Source: Macrostomum lignano (Eukaryota). From it: a stretch of DNA of 64,000 nucleotides. Location of the stretch: contig NIVC01000792.1 in the NCBI GenBank assembly GCA_002269645.1, forward strand, positions 1 through 64,000. Direction: 5' to 3'. Shown here one piece after another: positions 23,448 to 36,475 of this stretch. The notes under the pieces were generated by a model. That model did no database searches. It was not told the DNA's origin and saw only the letters and a list, made by a program, of their open reading frames with translations. How positions within the stretch are numbered: the stretch's first letter is position 1; every line of letters begins with the position of its first letter. The translations under genes and the position numbers were made by a program.

Positions 23448-24780
23448 GCATCTTCTTTTAAAATTAGATTTGAAGACTTGAGAGCTGACTCACAACTAAT
23501 TGACTTAGCGAGTCAGCGACATGCACTAATATTTTATAGGTCAAGCTGACTTCATTTTAAATAAAGAATCATGTATTTATGGTTATATACTCGTATGCTT
23601 AAAAATTAACAAATGTACACACAGAAACATGTTAAAGTTTCCAAACCGAAACCAGTAGTCAAAGTGGCAATTTGCGTCACAAGGCCTCAGCTTCGGCTGG
23701 TGAGGAGAGAGTGGAGACTTACGGCTAGAGTTGGATTAAAGCTGCCACTTGTTAACCACTAGATTCGGGTGGAAACTTTAGCTTGTTGCGTCAGCATAGC
23801 AAAAAGAAGCGTGCAGAAAGATGCTTAGATTCTCTGACGACCATCCAATTACTATCTGTGAATGCTTTCGCATGCTCGCCTCGTACCTGGTCGTACCTAT
23901 TCGTACTATAAATATAATAATACGCTCTTTGCATGACTTTTACCTTGTATGTATATACTTGTTTTCATAAGTTTGGCAATATTTATGATTTAATCAACTT
24001 AAGCTATTAACCCGAGTTTAAGCTAACCCGAGCCAGTATATTCTTATCGCGTATTCAAGATCTCATTACGATATCTACAAGTCAGAAATCAATTTTCTCT
24101 CAGTATGACACTACTACAGTACCTAAAATTCAAAATCTAATTTTTTGGTTAATTATTCAATGAAAGTGTTTAACTATATTGAAGATTCTTCATATTTAAG
24201 CAACCTAAATTTAATCCCTGTAATCTAGATATCACTAGTGTGTACGATTGCGTAATATGTACGAGCTATTTTTGAACATGACGCTTGTTCGTTCGTACAC
24301 AAAAGCAGCGCTGTGTTGGCCTTCCCGCCAGAATCATTAAACTGTCAACCAATTTGTGAGACAAGAACGACTTAATTAGGATATTGAAGTTCATTTCATC
24401 AATTTCGCAATTCTCAAGTGAGCTAGTTAAATTGCCCTTGGTAAACACGGCTAACCATGAGAAGCCAAAAGGGGATTTAAGTTGGTCCAAACTTTGGCTA
24501 TTGAATAATGCATCAGAGTCTGGGATGAAATAGAACTGGCAGACTTTATCCACTAGTTTCGGTGTCTATTCGTCCAGCCATCTTGCGTCGCTAAAACAGC
24601 AGTGGCGAAGAAGTGTGTCCCGAGGTGACTGGCATACAGATGCAGATGGATCATAACATCTTTTTTCACCAAAGCAAAATCTAGAGGCATCACTACGAGT
24701 GGTACAAGCAGAAATGGTATCGCGATGGCAAGTAGCTGGTAGTTATGATACTCGTAATGAATTAATTATGATACTCGCAG

Positions 24781-26595
24781 CTATTTTGCTGGATTATCAT
24801 TTTCGCGTTCGCACTTCATCTCGACATCCTCAATAGCAGCTGCTGCAGCCGCAGATGCAGCCGCCTTCTGTTTTCTGTGCACCCGGTGCATGAGAGCCAC
24901 CTCGACCAGCTCCACAACAACAGCGCAGGTGAGGCCGAGAAACAAGCTGCACAATCCACCAATTTGGCTCATTAAAGCGCTAAAGTTCAGTGACTGGGCC
25001 TCGACTTTGAGCATCGTGTTGCAACTCTGGCGGCGCACTGTCACGTAGGCAAACTCATCGCTGTGCGAATCGAAGTCCAGCTTGAAGTCGTTGGTCGAGA
25101 CGTTGGACAGACGAGGCCGAGTGAGCAGCCGCTTCAGACCGTCCTTGGCTAACTGGAACTGCTTGTCCCGCTCCGCCCCCTGCGGCAGTCTCTGACTTTC
25201 CCGTAGGCGGGAAAAACTCTGCGATTGTTTAAGTAGCCAATAAAGCTGCCAGTCGGTAGCCTTCCACACCGTCTGCGAGGTGAAGGTGTCGAATTTTGAA
25301 TAGGAGCACGGCATTACGCATTCGCTGGAGCTCAGCCCGATCTTAAGCTCAGTAAAATTAATGCGGCTGAGGCACTGGAGGTTGTGGTGAATAGCCTTTA
25401 GTCCCAAACGCATGTCACCGCAGTACGGGTGCGTAGCGTTGGGGGGCGCCTCGCGCAGATACTCGGCATAATAGCAGCCGCACTGGCGCAGGACCCGACG
25501 CCCGATGGCTGCCTTGACGCAGCCGTCGGCCGAATAGGAGAAGTCCTGACCGAGGTCGCTGACTCGGCGAGACTTCATGACCTGCGGGTGAAGGCAAACG
25601 TCGCGCGGAGTGTCGGCCTCGTGCCAGCGTACGTGTCGGTAGTTAATCTCGACCAGTTTTCCTGGCTCGATGTGGATGCCTTTGGCCATCGGGTCCGGAT
25701 AAGTGTCGTTTTCGTGGACCTGTTAGGTTGAAATGTTTTTATTGAGTCGAGGAGTGGTTCACATTGAACAGCGCAGCTAGTCTAACTTACAAAAGCTTGA
25801 TTGCATTTATCTCTCTAAAATACATTTTTATCGATTTCCTAGCGATTATAATAAAGGTAGTCAGAGACAGCTCTTTCTATTGACCTGCAATCGAAGTCCG
25901 TGAGCCTGTTCGAACGTGTCCTGAACAAAGGCCTCCTCAAAGCTGCTCTGTGGACCCTTGACAACGTGCAAAATTAGCGTGATCCAATCGTGCGGCTGGT
26001 TGATTTGCACTTGGAAGCAGGTGAAAAATGACGGAATACTTATGCTCTTAATGATGAATTCGCAGCTGCTGGCCTCCGTTATGTCCATTTGTTGGCCGTG
26101 GCCACGGATGCAGAAGATGAACACCTGAGGTATGGTGAAGCTGACATTGAGAGCGTGCTCGTGTGGCAGGGTCTGATAATACACCCGCTTGGTGTCGTAG
26201 ACCAGCAAGTTCTCCATGCTCGAATAGTCGCTATTGTTAAACGCTTCAAAAGCCTGCCGGCGCAGCATTTTCGAATAATTAGTTGGCGACAGGACCGCTC
26301 CGCTTTCCCAAAGTTTGTACGCCGACTCTTGGAACGGGTAGTGATTGCAGAAGGTGAGCGCAGGGTAGCTGTGACTGGACATGTCGTTGATCACCAGCGT
26401 GGACTGTATGATAGTCTTGTACTGAGAGTAGTCGGAAACTATGAAGCAGACGCAGGTGAGCAGAGCGGCAGCCATGGCCAAGATGTAAATTGTCCAAATG
26501 GCTCGCAGTGGCCGGGTCGGCGCTTTCGACGCCTTAGCAACTCCTCGGAGAGAGGTGGAGTTGCAGAAGAATTCCAGGTCTTCTTTAAGGACCAT
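24781..26595 (-). CDS. DEG/ENaC (amiloride-sensitive channel family) subunit (~549 aa from first ATG); exons 26595-25885, 25719-24781
   Basis: TM1 RAIWTIYIL, YPALTFCN, GLRLQ|VHENDTYP..GIHIEPG across a 165-nt phase-0 intron, Cys-rich domain, TM2 SQIGGLCSLFLG. The frame is open upstream to 26682, so another 5' exon is possible. Confidence 0.92.
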
Positions 26596-28056
26596 CTCTA
26601 AGGCTTTCGACTCTTTTACGGGTAGCCTGTCCGGACCAGTTTGAGATCGACTTGGCAGTGGGACTTTTATGCTCTCGAGCACTGTTGGTTATGCTCTGCT
26701 TCAGGACGGCAGCCTATGACCGCCCCGCCCGCAGATCGAGGACCGTAAAACTACAGGGTCCATTGGGATGCCTGGGATTTCAGGCAGCAGAATGGACTGT
26801 TTTAGGGCCGAGCGGCGCAAGTTTTTCTGTCAGGGTTCATCTCTCGGTATCGATACAAGGCCATACAGTAAATCAGTCGCTGCTGTACTGCAGCTGTAGC
26901 CGCTAAAATTGTAGCAAAAACTTTCGCTTGCGACAATTATGATAACTTTCAATTAATATTACCCTTAACTACAATGGGTCATAAAATGGTCGGAAATTTT
27001 ACATCCGGGATGACAGCGCATATTGCCATTCCTCAATGCTTTTCTCTTCATCAAGCAAATTTTTATCAATAGCTCAGAGACAGCACTTTCTCCAAATCCG
27101 TAAAAAGATACGTATATCATTTTATCGAGGCAAGTTTTTTTAAAGCTGAATAAATTATCGATTGCTTTTTCGGCACATGTTAAGTTTTTTCACCAACAGA
27201 CAGTAAAATTTGACACCAGAGGTACCTCGTCAAAATTCTATGTTACTTTTAGGAATGTGACAAACTGGTTTTACAATATAAACGTTGGGTCCTCTCTTGG
27301 GACTGTGTCAAATATGAAAGCAAAATCTAGCCAAAAAACTGCTCCAAACCTATTTTCTTAGCATACTTTATTTGATTTTTGCTTAGTTGACAATTAGTAG
27401 AGTCTATCATACTAAGCCATTTATCACACGTCCTGGTCTTGTCTGCCTCCTGCATGGTAGTACTGAATATAGTAGTGAAAAATCTAGTCCATTTAAAAGC
27501 TAACTATTTCACTATCTAGCTAAAACTTAGACCTAGGCTCTAGCGAGCATCACGCAAGCAGTTTTTGCATGGCTTGTTTCGGGAAAAGTATAGTTAACAA
27601 TTATCCCGCGAAATGACTCTCCCCATCCCACAGTTTTACGACTGAAACATTGACGAATTGAACGTTTCGGAATGGCTCGGAAGGGTTCTCCAATTTATGG
27701 AGCGTTTCCGGAACGATCTGCTTTGATGGCCGAATGTGTAGCACTTGGCGGCTTGCACGAAAGATGGAATCGCTTTTCTATCTAAAATCTCCCTTCCCAT
27801 TCGATTTGTTCATGTGGGAATATGTTGAAATTGGATAAACTGTGTTTTTTGTTAGCGAATTTACAAGCGTAGCTCATGACACTAAAAACGAAGTTCTTCA
27901 CGACCTAGCTAGTGCAAAACATCATTTTTAAACTTCTCAATTTCTCAGTTTATCGACTTGTTCTGTGACTGCTAATACTATCAATAGTAACATTTTTTCT
28001 TGAACATTGCTTTCCGTTCGTCCAATCCTTTCACTCACAATCTTTGCGAACACTAA

Positions 28057-28250
28057 AGGCCGTATGCAGAAAGCTCTGTCTAGGGTAGTCCGGTCTTGAA
28101 AAGCTAGTCTGGACTTGGATTTGGTATGCAGAAACACAAAGTTAGACCGGTCTACTATAGACAGAACTAAGGTAGCTAGACCATAGACTATAGACTGAAC
28201 TATCCAAGTCCGGACTAGCTAGTCTGGACTAGGCTTTATACATACGGCCT
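28057..28250. mobile_element. PIF/Harbinger MITE (194 bp)
   Basis: TIR AGGCCGTATG(C/T)A(G/T)AAAGC, TAA target duplication at 28054-28056 and 28251-28253. Confidence 0.85.
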
Positions 28251-29982
28251 TAAGTGTAAGGTAGCTTTTCTAATCTGGTATGTGGCGTAATCAATGGCAA
28301 ATAGGGTACGCAGCATGTCTATATAAATTAAACGGAAATCTCTCAGAAAACTACGTCAAACTGAAACAATAAGTGCTTTTTTAAGTAGTGTGTTGAACAT
28401 CTTCAACCAAAAGTGTTTTCGATGCCGCTTGAATATTTTCCCTTGCTAGGTTTTTGTCGCGTCTGCAGTGCAACGCAGTCACACGCAACTCCTGGACGCA
28501 ATCACGCCGGAAATTGTATTCGCCGAGTTAATAGCAAGTTTCGATTTGACAGCATTCCCAGTTCGTTGAGACATTTTCAGTCCTGAAATCACGCCGTTGC
28601 CGTAATGGTTTTTCTGAGGCACCGGACTGTAAAGTAACTTGAAGAGTCAGGGTTGAGTTGCGCAGCCACATCAATTTGTGGCTTGTGCACAAAATCACTG
28701 TCTAGATCTACAAAAATTGGCCCACGAGTTGTCCCTGCGATTCACAGAGCCATGAGAGCCAAGCTCAATGAGCAGAACAGAGAGTGTACATGCCTGAGTA
28801 TTAGTGAGTCGGGTCTGCTGTACACCCTGTGTGAGCGTTTGTATGAGTGCTGTGTCTGAGTACAGTATAGTGCGTTTGTATATGCTCAGGAGTCAGCGTA
28901 ATCGGCAGAGTTGTCTCAACGCTGGTTGTTGGACGATGTCCCCGAAAACGTAGCGCCAAAGGGCCAATAGTTTTTGTTTTTTAACGTGAGAGCATAAAGG
29001 CGATATTTCAGCACTTGATACCCTGCTTGTAAACCCTGAAAAATCTTTCAAATTGATAACTTTTACAAGAAGTCTAACACAGATGCGAGCAAGTGTCTGA
29101 GTTTTTTGTTTCTTTGCTCACTGCTACGTCATGGCATTGACAAGCCCTTCCCCTGTTCGCCACCGTGTCGCGACGCCCCTGCCCCTTAGTTCCAGCAGCT
29201 AAAGCTAAGTCTATGTTTATTTATATCTAACTAGTAGCTAACGGCCAAAGCCATCAAAGTGTTCCAGGTGAAGCTGATAATTGGACACACAAGTAGAGTT
29301 CTAGGTAACATTACTTCAGCCTGCATAATGAAGCAACGCTTTGCTGTAAAAAGCCTGCAATCTACAAAAGCAGAGAAAAGTGAGCAAAATGAGGGGACAG
29401 CTCAGTCAGTTAGTCCAAGCCTAGAGGCCTTTGCGAGCTCCGGGGCAGGCTTAAGAGCAAAATGTGAAATTGGATTGCGAAGGGGGGAGTGGGAGACAAG
29501 AATAAGCCTTGGTCCCGAGCGAGCGGGCAATTCCCCTTCTTCAAGGCCGGTTCAGTCGGTGCTTGGATATTTCTTTTCAATGGTTTTTTTCTCGCTCAGT
29601 GCCTCCCCGTTGGGGTGTTCTGGGTATAGAGAGTAGCCAGTTCTGTGCTCTGCCCAACTGTACAGTACAGTCATCAGAGATGCACAAATTCGCGACATTC
29701 GAGCTGTGTGTGTATGCGCTTCCTTAATCTTGATTTGTTGCTATTGCGCTCATAATGGGAGAGATAGAAATGCACTTTCGCTGTCTCAGTGTCTGGCTAG
29801 ATTTCGCGAGACTCGAGAGATGTAAACTTACAAATCGCTGATGTAACTGATCTATGGGAGTATGACTTGAGAAGAAAGTTGCAATGAGACGAGACTTTTG
29901 ATGTTGACGCTTTATGAAATGCTTTTATACAGATACTGCAAGTATACAGATCAATATGCACTCTAGCTTGCCTCATCGTAGC

Positions 29983-30505
29983 TAGATGCTAGAAGCAGTA
30001 TATCTAGATGTTCAAGTAGCTAGATGTTAGAAGCAGTATATCTAGATGTTCAAGTAGCTATAGATGTTAGAGGCAGTATATCTGGATGTTCAAGTAGCTA
30101 GATGTTAGAAGCAGTATATCTAGATACTCAAGTAGCTGATGTTAGAAGCAGTATATCTAGATGTTCAAGTAGCTATAGATGTTAGAGGCAGTATATCTGG
30201 ATGTTCAAGTAGCTAGATGTTAGAAGCAGTATATCTAGATACTCAAGTAGCTGATGTTAGAAGCAGTATATCTAGATGTTCAAGTAGCTGATGTTAGAAG
30301 CAGTATATCTAGATGTTCAAGTAGCTGATGTTAGAAGCAGTATATCTAGATGTTCAAGTAGCTGATGTTAGAAGCAGTATATCTAGATGTTCAAGTAGCT
30401 GATGTTAGAAGCAGTATATCTAGATGTTCAAGTAGCTGATGTTAGAAGCAGTATATCTAGATGTTCAAGTAGCTGATGTTAGAAGCAGTATACCTAGATG
30501 TCCAA
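29983..30505. repeat. minisatellite, ~37 bp unit (GATGTTAGAAGCAGTATATCTAGATGTTCAAGTAGCT)
   Basis: Direct tandem copies, 37-40 bp variants. Confidence 0.95.
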
Positions 30506-30916
30506 ATAGCTTTGATATTTCGAATGGCAATAAATTTTGTGTGTTTCTCGTGCTACTTATTCCCCATCTGCGTTTCTGCTCACCCCAACAGCCAGTAGCT
30601 CTTGGAGAGGCAGCTGTGCGGGGAACCTCAACCCCACCAATAATTGCACGGTGATGGCGCCAACCTCAACTCACCTCGTCTCTACATAGAGGACTTAAGT
30701 TCTGATTCGGGCTCTTCTTCTCTCCCCATCTCCCTCTTAAGTTTTTGGAATTTTTACAATTACCTCGTGTCCAAAAGCAGTTATGCATCAGTTTGAACAG
30801 CTTGGCAACTGTCTGCAGCGAGGCCTCCTGCCCACTCAACTGCCGCTGGAGCGCTGATGTTTTGAGATCAAGGATTGCGTGAGTCGTTTGTAACTAACTG
30901 GTCGGTGCCGGTTCTG

Positions 30917-32150
30917 ATTTATCTGGGCTTGATACCGGTAACTGTAGGCTTAGGTCTTATTAGATCAGGTAGATCTGATTTACCTGGGCTTGATACCGGT
31001 AACTGTAGGCTTAGGTCTCATTAGATCAGGTAGATCTGATTTACCTGGGCTTGATACCGGTAACTGTAGGCTTAGGTCTCATTAGATCAGGTAGAGCTGA
31101 TTTACCTGGGCTTGATACCGGTAACTGTAGGCTTAGGTCTCATTAGATCAGGTAGAGCTGATTTACCTGGGCTTGATACCGGTAACTGTAGGCTTGGGTC
31201 TCATTAGATCAGGTAGAGCTGATTTACCTGGGCTTGATACCGGTAACTGTAGGCTTGGGTCTCATTAGATCAGGTAGAGCTGATTTACCTGGGCTTGATA
31301 CCGGTAACTGTAGGCTTGGGTCTCATTAGATCAGGTAGAGCTGATTTACCTGGGCTTGATACCGGTAACTGTAGGCTTGGGTCTCATTAGATCAGGTAGA
31401 GCTGATTTACCTGGGCTTGATACCGGTAACTGTAGGCTTGGGTCTCATTAGATCAGGTAGAGCTGATTTACCTGGGCTTGATACCGGTAACTGTAGGCTT
31501 AGGTCTCATTAGATCAGGTAGAGCTGATTTACCTGGGCTTGATACCGGTAACTGTAGGCTTAGGTCTCATTAGATCAGGTAGAGCTGATTTACCTGGGCT
31601 TGATACCGGTAACTGTAGGCTTAGGTCTCATTAGATCAGGTAGAGCTGATTTACCTGGGCTTGATACCGGTAACTGTAGGCTTAGGTCTCATTAGATCAG
31701 GTAGAGCTGATTTACCTGGGCTTGATACCGGTAACTGTAGGCTTGGGTCTCATTAGATCAGGTAGAGCTGATTTACCTGGGCTTGATACCGGTAACTGTA
31801 GGCTTAGGTCTCATTAGATCAGGTAGAGCTGATTTACCTGGGCTTGATACCGGTAACTGTAGGCTTAGGTCTCATTAGATCAGGTAGAGCTGATTTACCT
31901 GGGCTTGATACCGGTAACTGTAGGCTTAGGTCTCATTAGATCAGGTAGAGCTGATTTACCTGGGCTTGATACCGGTAACTGTAGGCTTAGGTCTCATTAG
32001 ATCAGGTAGAGCTGATTTACCTGGGCTTGATACCGGTAACTGTAGGCTTAGGTCTCATTAGATCAGGTAGAGCTGATTTACCTGGGCTTGATACCGGTAA
32101 CTGTAGGCTTAGGTCTCATTAGATCAGGTAGATCTGATTTACCTGGGCTT
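30917..32150. repeat. minisatellite, 61 bp unit, ~20 near-identical copies
   Basis: Unit CTGATTTACCTGGGCTTGATACCGGTAACTGTAGGCTTAGGTCTCATTAGATCAGGTAGAG; period 61 from line offsets. Confidence 0.97.
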
Positions 32151-33256
32151 GTCGTGATATTCACGACCACGCGGGCGAGGCACAGGGTGCAGACACTGCC
32201 TGACGTCTAGCCTGTGTGCATGCCAGTGTGCGTGCTCGGATCAACTGAATGACTACCTGCCTCCTCATAGTAATTCTCGAATTCCCGATGATCAGTGAAG
32301 AGACGTGAATTGTATTTTTATTCTAGGATGTCACGCTGGGCAGTGAGCATAACAAACGAACATTTGCGATTGAACAAATTTTAGACGGTCAGTAAACAAT
32401 TTTATCACTTTTGCAGAAAGAGCTTAGCAAAAATGGCGTGTAGTCGTTCTCAACATTTAGCAATGATTATTTAAAAATTCTGAAGCTGCTCCTCCCACTA
32501 TTTCACGAATCGGAGAAATGATTTTATTCATTCGAGCTCCTCTCGGCGGATAGTGCACTCTATCTTCATCTACCAGTCCGCATTTGCGCCGCTTCAAGTG
32601 TTAGAAGGTTTCGGATGGCATCGGGTGAAATTCCCACGAGGGGATAATCTGACTGGCAGTGCGTCTCCTACAGCAGGCAAATATCCCATCCTGCGGTGCA
32701 GGTTTCACATCCTCCCGTGTCAGACAACAATAGAGTGAATACTGAAAGTATAAAAAATAGAGAAGAGAATGGAGGCTGGGGAGCTCTATAGACAGACTAA
32801 TACACCCAATGGGGGCATATTGTTTTTCAGTAGTATAATCCATCGAATTTCCGTTGCATAAAAATTCATATTCTCAATGGTTTTATCTGGATTAGATTCT
32901 CTAAAGATTCAGATGTCATGGATAGTTCGGGAAATACTCGCGCTGTTTTTGGCTGTTAGAGAGAGGTCACACCAAGGGACGGAAGCTGTCAGCTTCACAC
33001 GTTGCGATGACCAACGGAACTGACAGCTGGGGTAGCAATAGTTACCCTTGACGTTCAAGGACAGTCTTCGCTGAATTAATTGGCTTTTAAAACTCCCAGC
33101 ATCCGGGATGGTCTGCAGGGCTGCTTTAGCCGCTGATAATACATGTAGCTCGCATTTTTTGTTGTCCATGGCTAAGCCAAAGCTGAACAGGGCATGGATT
33201 TTATGGTGGGGGACAAAGCCAAGAATTCTACAAGTACATGTACATTATTTTCAGAA

Positions 33257-34040
33257 TTTTAGCGCCGCAGGCACTCATTTTTGCGCCGAAGGCACTCATT
33301 TTAGCGCCGCAGGCACTCATTTTGGCGCCGCAGGCACTCATTTTAGCGCCGCAGGCACTCATTTTAGTGCCGCAGGCACTCATTTTAGCGCCGCAGGCAC
33401 TCATTTTAGCGCCGCAGGCACTCATTTTAGCGCCGCAGGCACTCATTTTGGCACCGCAGGCACTCATTTTAGCGCCGCAGGCACTCATTTTAGCGCCGCA
33501 GGCACTCATTTTAGCGCCGCAGGCACTCATTTTAGCGCCGCAAGCACTCATTTTAGCGCTGCAGGCACTCATTTTAGCGCCGCAGGCACTCATTTTAGCG
33601 CCGCAGGCATTCATTTTAGCGCCGCAGGCATTCATTTTAGCGCCGCAGGCACTCATTTTGGCACCGCAGGCACTCATTTTGGCACCGCAGGCATTCATTT
33701 TAGCGCCGCAGGCACTCATTTTAGCGCCGCAGGCACTCATTTTTGCGCCGCAGGCATTCATTTTAGCGCCGCAGGCACTCATTTTGGCGCCGCAGGCATT
33801 CATTTTAGCGCCGCAGGCACTCATTTTGGCGCCGCAGGCACTCATTTTGGCGCCGCAGGCACTCATTTTTGAGCCAAAGGCACTCATTTTAGCGCCGCAG
33901 GCATTCATTTTAGCGCCGCAGGCACTCATTTTAGCGCCGCAGGCATTAATTTTGGCGCCGCAGACACTCATTTTGGCACCGCAGGCATTCATTTTAGCGC
34001 CGCAGGCATTCATTTTGGCGCCGCAGGCATTCATTTTGGC
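33257..34040. repeat. minisatellite, 21 bp unit (GCAGGCACTCATTTTAGCGCC), ~37 copies
   Basis: Direct tandem repeat; gives 7-aa periodic ORFs in three frames. Confidence 0.97.
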
Positions 34041-36475
34041 ATTGGTATGCATTGGTATGTCCCCCCCCATAGCTTCAACTGGGGGGGGACATGTCTCCCC
34101 TGTCCCCCCCCCCGGTGGCGGCGCCCCTGACGTTCACCATCCGAATAACACATAAAAGTCCCTGAAGGTAGGTCTGTTTGCTGGCTTTTCAAAAAAACTG
34201 TAAAGCTGAGAGAAGACACAGGTAGCTACTTTTGTTTTTTTCCAGCCTCCCGCAGATTTAAAAATAAGAATGCAAAAAACTTTTAGATCGACATAAAAAA
34301 ACAGAGTAATTGGGCCCGAAAATAAAGTATAAACAGTGTAGCTTCCTATTTCCATGGTAACTTACTGTAGTCCTTGAGTGCAGCTCAAGCGGAGACTGAA
34401 CATGGCAATATAATTTTTAGTGTGTGAAAGTGTATAAAAATGCATGCAATTTTCATATTAAAACTCCATTGAAATGATGCAGCCATTAAAACTTAACGAA
34501 GAAAACAAGTCTCGCATTGTCATCGCCGGCCTCATTAACAGCGGAATTCGCCTTCACCTCAGGTCAGGACCCCAAGTCCCCCCCCCCCCAACTCTTCCTC
34601 AGCCCGACCGCCCGCTGCCTCCCGTCTTTTTGCTTCGACGCTACATGAACAAAACAGCAAAAAAATCGATGAAGGCAACAAGGCATAGAAGAGGCATTTC
34701 TTTGAGAGCTACACAAGAATTCTGAGCATTTTTTCCTTAGAGAGTGACGAACACCCACCAGGCAGACACGCACAGAAGGCAGCAAGCTTGCATGCTAGTG
34801 CTGGCCTGAGAGCTGCGACAAAGGCAGGTAGCGTACAAGAGTCTCTGACTAAAATAGATACTGGAAGACGCAATGCCTTCCCATGCAGTTTCTTAACCCT
34901 GTTGAAAGGAGACAATGGTGAGGAGCGCTGAAAGGTAGGACTCCAGCTTCCGCGTCTGGCAACTCATTGCGGGAGAGGCGCAACTTTAAAGGACAGTATT
35001 GATCAGTAGGCTTACCTAGCAGAAAAATAATTTATACCCAGGTAAAAGACGGCCTTCTATTCTACGAGCGTAATGTGCTTAAGGTAGGAACTTGAATCTC
35101 CAACTGCCCCAGACAATAATCGACATTATCTTGAAAAGTGACAGAAACAATTCGAAAAATCTGCTGAAGTGCTGGTGCACTCTTGTCGGGTTCAATCCCG
35201 GCTGTTATTGATCGGCCAGATGAGGCTTAAAGAAGAAGCTCAATTCTCCCCTCCTTCACGGCTCTCCATTTCTCTTCCTATAGCTTCTGTTTGCTTCGGT
35301 TTTTTAGCTCTCTCCACTTCAGTTCCGTTTAAAATCCGTCGCATCTCAGCGACTCTGTTCAGCCTGATTGACAGCCAGACGAACTCTGTTTATTTGTTAT
35401 TAAGATATTCTTCACCTGGCTCTATGAACAGCCGTAAATTCAGCTTTTTCCGTTAGTATAAGTGCATCGACTGGGCTTCTCTGCTGTCCATCCCCCTGCT
35501 GAATTCTACTTTTTAGTCGCCTGTTGGTTGATAAAAAATTGGGGAATAGAGAGAGGCAGATGCTGCTACTGCACTGTCCTTTCGTGATTTATGCATTGGA
35601 ATTATCTAGCCGCTTTTGCCTGTGCAGCCTGCCTGTTGCCTGCTGTGTCGCCCACTGCTTTAATCTCAGCTCTTTACTTCGCATTTCTTCCCCGCATCCG
35701 TTGCTCACCCGCCGCCCGAACTGGAAGACGGAAGGAAGAAAAAGATAAAGTTGGGGAGGGAGAGATGGAGGCTCTCAGAGGAAGGCAGCAAGTTTGAGGT
35801 CGGCAGCGAGCGAAGGTCTGGAGTGATGTACTGTCCCATCGAGTGGGCCGCCTGTTCACCCGATTCGGGCCTAGCTGAGCTGGTGGCAAATCCGCCTCCT
35901 TGACTTGACGCCTCCAGACAGAGTGCTGGCAAGGGACACTGCTCAATTGTCACGCGATTCTGGACATAAAAAGCATTCACCACATCGTCTCGACGCCGGT
36001 CCTTTATCGAGTGCAGTGCAATAAACAGGATTGTTGTTCTTTTTCTTTTTTGAATCCAACCTTATTGCACTAAATTAAAATTGTTTCATGAGAGTCCTCT
36101 GTCGATCTACGGACTGCCTGTACTTATGGATCCATATTTATTCATTGATATTTTCCATTCCTTCCGCAGCTATTGGATTTAAGACAAAAAACGCTGCACT
36201 GACCATACAAGTTCTGCAGAATGCTTTTAAATTTGTGGGCATCCAGAGACCGACATTGATTTGCACGAATTCAAACGATAAAGGTATCGATTTATATTGA
36301 CATAAATCCGCCCGGGAATGCCTAAAAATGACAGTTTTAAAAATTTTTTCCAATAGCTTGCTCTTTTCAGCCTACATCTATTGCTTTTCGTATCATAGCG
36401 GTGTGATGTCATTTTCTGGGAAGACAAGGATGGTCGCAGCCCTCTAGAACGCACGTATCTATTAATGAAATCTAA

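Noticed and set aside
25415-26601. Overlapping plus-strand and alternate-frame ORFs over the ENaC, Src, nAChR and phosphatase exons
   Set aside because: Expected by-products of GC-rich coding sequence; no motifs.
30917-32150. Regular arrays as CRISPR candidates (also 44298-44710 and 47855-48202)
   Set aside because: No unique spacers, no cas genes, eukaryotic context.
33108-34155. 7-aa repeat ORFs (AAGTHFS, MSACGAK, ILAPQAL)
   Set aside because: A 21-bp unit is open in three frames at once, as expected for a stop-free satellite.
30540-36000. Scattered minus-strand exon-like or coding-like fragments (30.5-30.9, 32.5-33.2, 34.7-36.0 kb)
   Set aside because: I could not join them into a frame or recognise any domain; would need tBLASTn or RNA-seq.
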